From: Eledone cirrhosa
Lineage: Eukaryota
Reading direction: 5' to 3'
Assembly: GCA_964016885.1 (NCBI GenBank)
Contig: OZ024740.1
Coordinates: forward strand, 23,188,001 to 23,252,000
DNA: 64,000 nt
Shown piece by piece: positions 56,882 to 64,000 of this stretch; within the stretch, counting starts at the first letter, position 1, and every line of letters begins with the position of its first letter. The position numbers and the translations under genes were made by a program. The notes beneath the pieces are model-generated. The model did no database searches. It had not been told where the DNA came from and worked only from the letters and a program-made list of their open reading frames with translations.

Positions 56882-58640
56882 TAAATACGCTTTTAGCCTC
56901 GACGTTGTCTCCCTCTACACTACAGTCCCCGCTCACCCAGCTGTCGATTTATTGACGGACTGCGTGGTCGCAGAGAACATCCACTGCTACGGCCTCCACC
57001 CGACGGACATACACCAGCTTTTGTCCTTCACAGTAGACAACACGTACTTCACCTTCCACCACCACACAAACAGACAGACAACAGGATTACCCATGGGATC
57101 CAGCCTTTCGGGCCTGCTGGCCATCACCTACATGAACCAGCTAGAATGCCGAGCCCTCAACCACCTGCCATTCCCATGCCTTCTTCACCCGATATGTAGA
57201 TGACATACTCATCCTTACATCATCCCGTGAGGAGGCAGAGAAAATATACACAACATTCTCCAGCATGGACGCCAGTATAAAGTTCAGCATGGAACACCCC
57301 GATGACCGCGGATCCCTATCCCTACTGGACTTCCAACTCAGGGTAACAGAGGAAGGCAACATCCACACCTGCTTCTATAAAAAATCCGCCAGCAGGCACC
57401 TGTTCGTACATTTCAGATCGGCCCTCCCACTCGGTGCCAAGTTCGGATACATAAAGAACGAACTGGCACGTATCAAGAACAAATGCACCGACGCCAGAGA
57501 CCGAGACACACACACCACACATTTCCTGGAAGTACTCAAACTGAACGGGATACACGACATCCACCACAAACCGTGCCAGAAAGAACAGAGGACACCACAC
57601 CCGAGGCACTAACACTTGCTTCCTGAAGCTCCCACACTTCAGTGAAGAAACAACAACAGCCATCCGCAGAGCATCAGACGAGAGGGACTGGATATCCAAC
57701 TGGCCCACTCGGGTCCTTCTCTGCGCTGACGGCTAGCCAAGAGACACTCCACCAGACATGACAACTGCTGCAGACTAGCCAACTGCCCCATCAACGACAC
57801 AGACCTATGCCACCAGGCTTACGTAGTATACAGACTAGAGTGTGACAAATGCAACAACTTCTACGTAGGTAGCACCACCAGACCACTCCACATAAGAATA
57901 AAAGAACACCTCAATACTAAGGCTTCCTCATTTAAGAAACACCTAGTTAAATGCAAAAACACCGATAAAAACATAACAGTTAGGATAGAAACTAAGGAAA
58001 GAAACCTCGGCCATCTTAGAATTAAGGAAGCACTTATTATAGATAAAACACATCCACCAATCAATAATAGACTAGAACTCAACACCCAATTTATAACCTG
58101 ATAGGGCCTCTAGCCCCATATTTACACACCCCACACACACGCACGCGCACACACACACGCTTACACCTCCACTTATTCTCTCTCACACATACACACACAA
58201 AACCAGTTCTAACACCAGATAACACCTACCCCCCACTTTTACGATTAGACCTATCTTCCCACACTCACACACACACACCGACATACCTACACCTTCATGC
58301 ATTCTCCCACACACATATACAGGCACGTATATAAAATAAAAAATAAAAAAAATAAAAAAACCCTAAACAAACCCCTCTTAAAGGGAGACTACTCTTTATC
58401 CACCTAATTTTAATTCTTTGATATTAGAGTTAGAACAGATACTCTATACTATTTCCGGTCAGCATGGCTTGGCTAGAGATTTAAGACGCTGGTTTGAGAC
58501 CTTTATTTCCCTCCGAAGAAGAGATATTATCTCGAAAATTAAGGACATTTAAATAAATTCAAGGTGAAAGACGAATTCTCAACAATATCTTTTACTATTG
58601 CATTCTTTTTTCTATGCCCATACCTGCATTGTTTGGGCCT
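56882..58640 (+). mobile_element. 5'-truncated Penelope-like element: RT plus C-terminal GIY-YIG pseudogene (to 58101) and 3' UTR
   Basis: FSLDVVSLYT, QTTGLPMGSSLSGLLA, RYVDDI, IKFSMEHP, LSLLD, FYKK, CRLANCPINDTDLC, VVYRLECDKCNNFYVGSTTRPLHIRIKEH, IKEALII..HPPIN; frameshifts and a stop. Confidence 0.93.
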
Positions 58641-58658
58641 TATTACACATATTCAAAC

Positions 58659-58712
<54 letters not shown>

Positions 58713-58796
58713 CATTTCATTTCATTTCATTTTATGTCCGCTTTCTCCCTGCTTGCAAGGGTATTTATTTATATGTATGTATGTATATATATATAT

Positions 58797-59210
58797 ATAT
58801 GAATGCGTATATATAGTGTATTTTGCAATACACTGTATGCTTAATTAAAAGCATTTCGAAGACCTTATGCTATTGTAAGTGACAGTCTCACTTACTTTAA
58901 TTTTCAGCAAACAGGGGAGATAAAGCTGACAGAGCTCTGTTTCGTCTGCTCTGTATAATAAGTTCCTGATTATTATTAGAATTCTATAAGAATCAAACAT
59001 TCATGATTTTCAGCAAACAGGCGGAGTACTTAGCTTTGATAAGCACCAAAAAGTGCGAAACAGAGCTTTGTCAGCTTTATCTCCCCGGTTTGCTGAAAAT
59101 TAAAGTATGTGAGACTGTCACTACTCTAAAACACTAGCGCATGGTCTTCGAAATACTTTTAATTAAGCATACAGTGTATTGCTAAATACACTATATATAT
59201 ACATTCATAT
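58797..59210 (+). mobile_element. Short fold-back HHR element
   Basis: 58797-58944 is an inverted copy of about 59056-59210. Confidence 0.85.
59032..59076 (+). ncRNA. Type I hammerhead with U3-A8 core and extended stem I
   Basis: agct-TTGATAA-gcac caaaaa gtgc-GAAA-CAGAGCTTTG-TC-agct; distal stem ttttcagcaaac/gtttgctgaaaa. Confidence 0.88.
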
Positions 59211-59302
59211 ATATATCGCTATTTCAGAGCACCAATTCTAATTTATATATATATATATATATTTAGATATTTATATATATTTATTTATATATATTTATAT
59301 AA

Positions 59303-59417
<115 letters not shown>

Positions 59418-59829
59418 TTAATTGTACTATTTATGGTTATGTAAATACAAAATTTTAATGCTTATATCATTTCTCCACACACAGACTATAACAATCATAT
59501 AAAGAATTTGCCACCAGATCAACCAACCTAACACACTTGTTTACCTACCTAAGTGCTCCTACTACACGCATCTCTCTGCCACACTATATAAACAAGACGC
59601 ACGTGCTTGCCACACATATAACATTTGCACTATATAACCGCTTATCTTCATGTTGTATTCTAACCTGTATTTTTGATTTTTGATTGTACCTTTTATTATG
59701 AATGTAATCTCGAAGTGTGTACTGTCACTCTAAATGCTGTAATGAATGTTGACCCACAATATTTGCACATGTATCGGTATGTCTCTTGGCTGAAAAGGAG
59801 GTCATATAACTGTCCATTCATGAATAAGT

Positions 59830-59876
59830 TGCTCCGAAGAATCCAAACCTCGGTTTGGAGGAAACAGCTGTAAGCA
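59830..59876 (+). ncRNA. Hammerhead, CCGAAGA (C4) core, in pLTR fragment about 59414-59915
   Basis: tgct-CCGAAGA-atccaaacc tc ggtttggag-GAAA-CAGCTG-TA-agca. Confidence 0.75.
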
Positions 59877-59914
59877 CAATAATGTTTTGAACAGTTCTTT
59901 GATTCTTATATTTC

Positions 59915-59948
<34 letters not shown>

Positions 59949-60161
59949 ATATTTATATATATTTAAATTCCTAATTATTTAAATTCTGCATAGAGTCTAA
60001 AATAACGTTTTTTCAGCCCTGTACCTCAACCTCATTGGCATACTCATCTTAATAATTTGAAATATCTGACTTTTCTTCTCTGTTCCTTCACTATCCAAGA
60101 ACAAATTGAACCGTTAAGGCATCTTTTCTTGGTTATGTCAAAATTTATAAAAGAATCTTTG

Positions 60162-60222
60162 TATTTTATCTGATGAAAGCGTACGAAAGTTTTGGTATCC
60201 TTGAAATATATATAATAAAATA
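60162..60222 (+). ncRNA. Type I hammerhead
   Basis: tattttat-CTGATGA-aagcgtac...gtatcctt-GAAA-TATATA-TA-ataaaata. Confidence 0.85.
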
Positions 60223-60394
60223 AATATGGTTTTATAAATATACTTTCCATTTATTTAATATCATTGAATATTATACTCCAGAAAACTTGTCGAGTGCTGT
60301 GAATCAGTTATAAACATTTATATTTGTTGAATTACCCAACAATTGATTATCCTGTTTGCTTATATTTATATGTATGTATATATAGATATGTATA

Positions 60395-60452
<58 letters not shown>

Positions 60453-60454
60453 TT

Positions 60455-60623
60455 TAATATAGAAAAGGCTTCTACAGTACTAGAACTGTTTCATTTCCTG
60501 CTGATTTCTCCAAAATGAAACAGATCTAGTCCTGTATAAGCCTTTCTATATTAACTATTTATACTCTGCATTGTATTGAGTACCTTACTTACTGTGGTTA
60601 CCCCCGATTGAACCCGGGATAAA

Positions 60624-60625
<2 letters not shown>
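60455..60625 (+). mobile_element. Fold-back pLTR 3' fragment; inverted relative at about 56300-56420
   Basis: aggcttctacagtactagaactgtttcattt / aaatgaaacagatctagtcctgtataagcct; contains a GAAA-C...GTC half-hammerhead. Confidence 0.65.
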
Positions 60626-60659
<34 letters not shown>

Positions 60660-60987
60660 TATGTACTATTTACTCTTCCCGATTCATGGTATCTTAATAC
60701 ATTACTTTGAGTTTAATTTTTACATCCACTAGATCTTTACATATAAGTTCACCGTAAGGTCCGGGCTCATAAAGAAAGGACTATTATGAACATATTCCAC
60801 ATTATCGCTATTGTGTCTGGACTATAAACATTGATAGGCCTCCACATAGTTTTCCTCGTCCTAACAAAAGGTTCTGTGGAAGTTTGGGAAATTTAAATTC
60901 CCAACAGTAGAATCTAGTGAATGGATAACTTTTGTTGATAGATGAAACTTTACAAGATTTAGGTTCTTATACACACACACACACACA

Positions 60988-61112
<125 letters not shown>

Positions 61113-61252
61113 ATCTACATATGTATGTATATATATATGTATATATCTCTCTCTCTATATATACATACATGTACATACACACACACACACACACACACAT
61201 ATATATGTATATATATATATATATGTATATGTATATATATATATCCATCTCC

Positions 61253-61304
<52 letters not shown>

Positions 61305-61869
61305 ATATATATATGTATATATTTATATATATATATTACTACAACACATTTTTAATGGGATGACCACATCCGGTAGCAATTGGAAAAGGATGAATGTGGA
61401 TTTGTGAAGAAGTGAAAGATTTATAGTGAGTCGTCAGGAAAATAGCGTCTCACATATCAGGGCATTGTATGGGGTTACATTAGTGCTAATGACAAAAGAA
61501 TTGCAGCTTAACAGACAATATCAACTACCCCGACAACAACAACAACAGTAAGAAGAACAACAATAGCTTAAACATTGACAATAACAGGAAGGACAACAAC
61601 TGTAACAACTGCAAGAATTGCAAGAATTGCAAGAACTGTATTAATAATGATGAAAACGGGGAGGAGGAAATAAATAATAGGACGTAAAAAGCATTTTGAG
61701 GGAAATGATGGCGGAGAGGAAGTAGTATGTAACAGGGGAAAATAGCTGGAAGTACGAACAACAAACCTGACGATGTAACTGTCGATTTATATTATAACTG
61801 TTGTGGACATAAATACATCTTTAGGAATGACTGCCTTTTGACATCATGAATGGTGTCAGCGTGTTGTAC

Positions 61870-64000
<2,131 letters not shown>

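Noticed and set aside
57727-57729. In-frame TGA in the PLE as possible selenocysteine
   Set aside because: Not at a Cys position (SLR*RL); the element also has frameshifts, so a nonsense mutation is simpler.
58505-58550. Possible HHR in the Penelope 3' UTR
   Set aside because: Stem II and GAAA are present but the core has an extra A and stems I/III are unclear; noted only as supporting context.

Overview
Repeat-saturated, AT-rich animal genomic DNA. The SINE families and microsatellite load suggest a coleoid cephalopod such as Octopus (inference). Nearly all ORF-track entries are translations of micro- or minisatellites. Real content: about nine copies of a tRNA-derived SINE (four with TSDs), a second tRNA-SINE, a decayed L1/Tx1 LINE, a CRE-type LINE tail, a Chapaev3-like DNA transposon with both ends and a TTA TSD, an internally multiplied mariner MITE, a 4.6-kb 27-bp satellite with a 2.08-kb higher-order duplication, three Penelope-like element (PLE) coding relics and a few candidate host exons. 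The main hidden signal is about 27 type I hammerhead ribozyme (HHR) motifs from many families, folded by eye. They sit in PLE pseudo-LTRs and in short non-coding retrozyme-like units, and include U3-A8 covariant and C4 cores. Top observation: a U6 snRNA 3' half (30695-30747) is fused to the exact sequence that follows the predicted HHR cleavage site in a homologous element at 56.5 kb. This suggests U6 was ligated to a ribozyme-cut RNA and then retrotransposed. No database searches or folding programs were run, and element boundaries are approximate.
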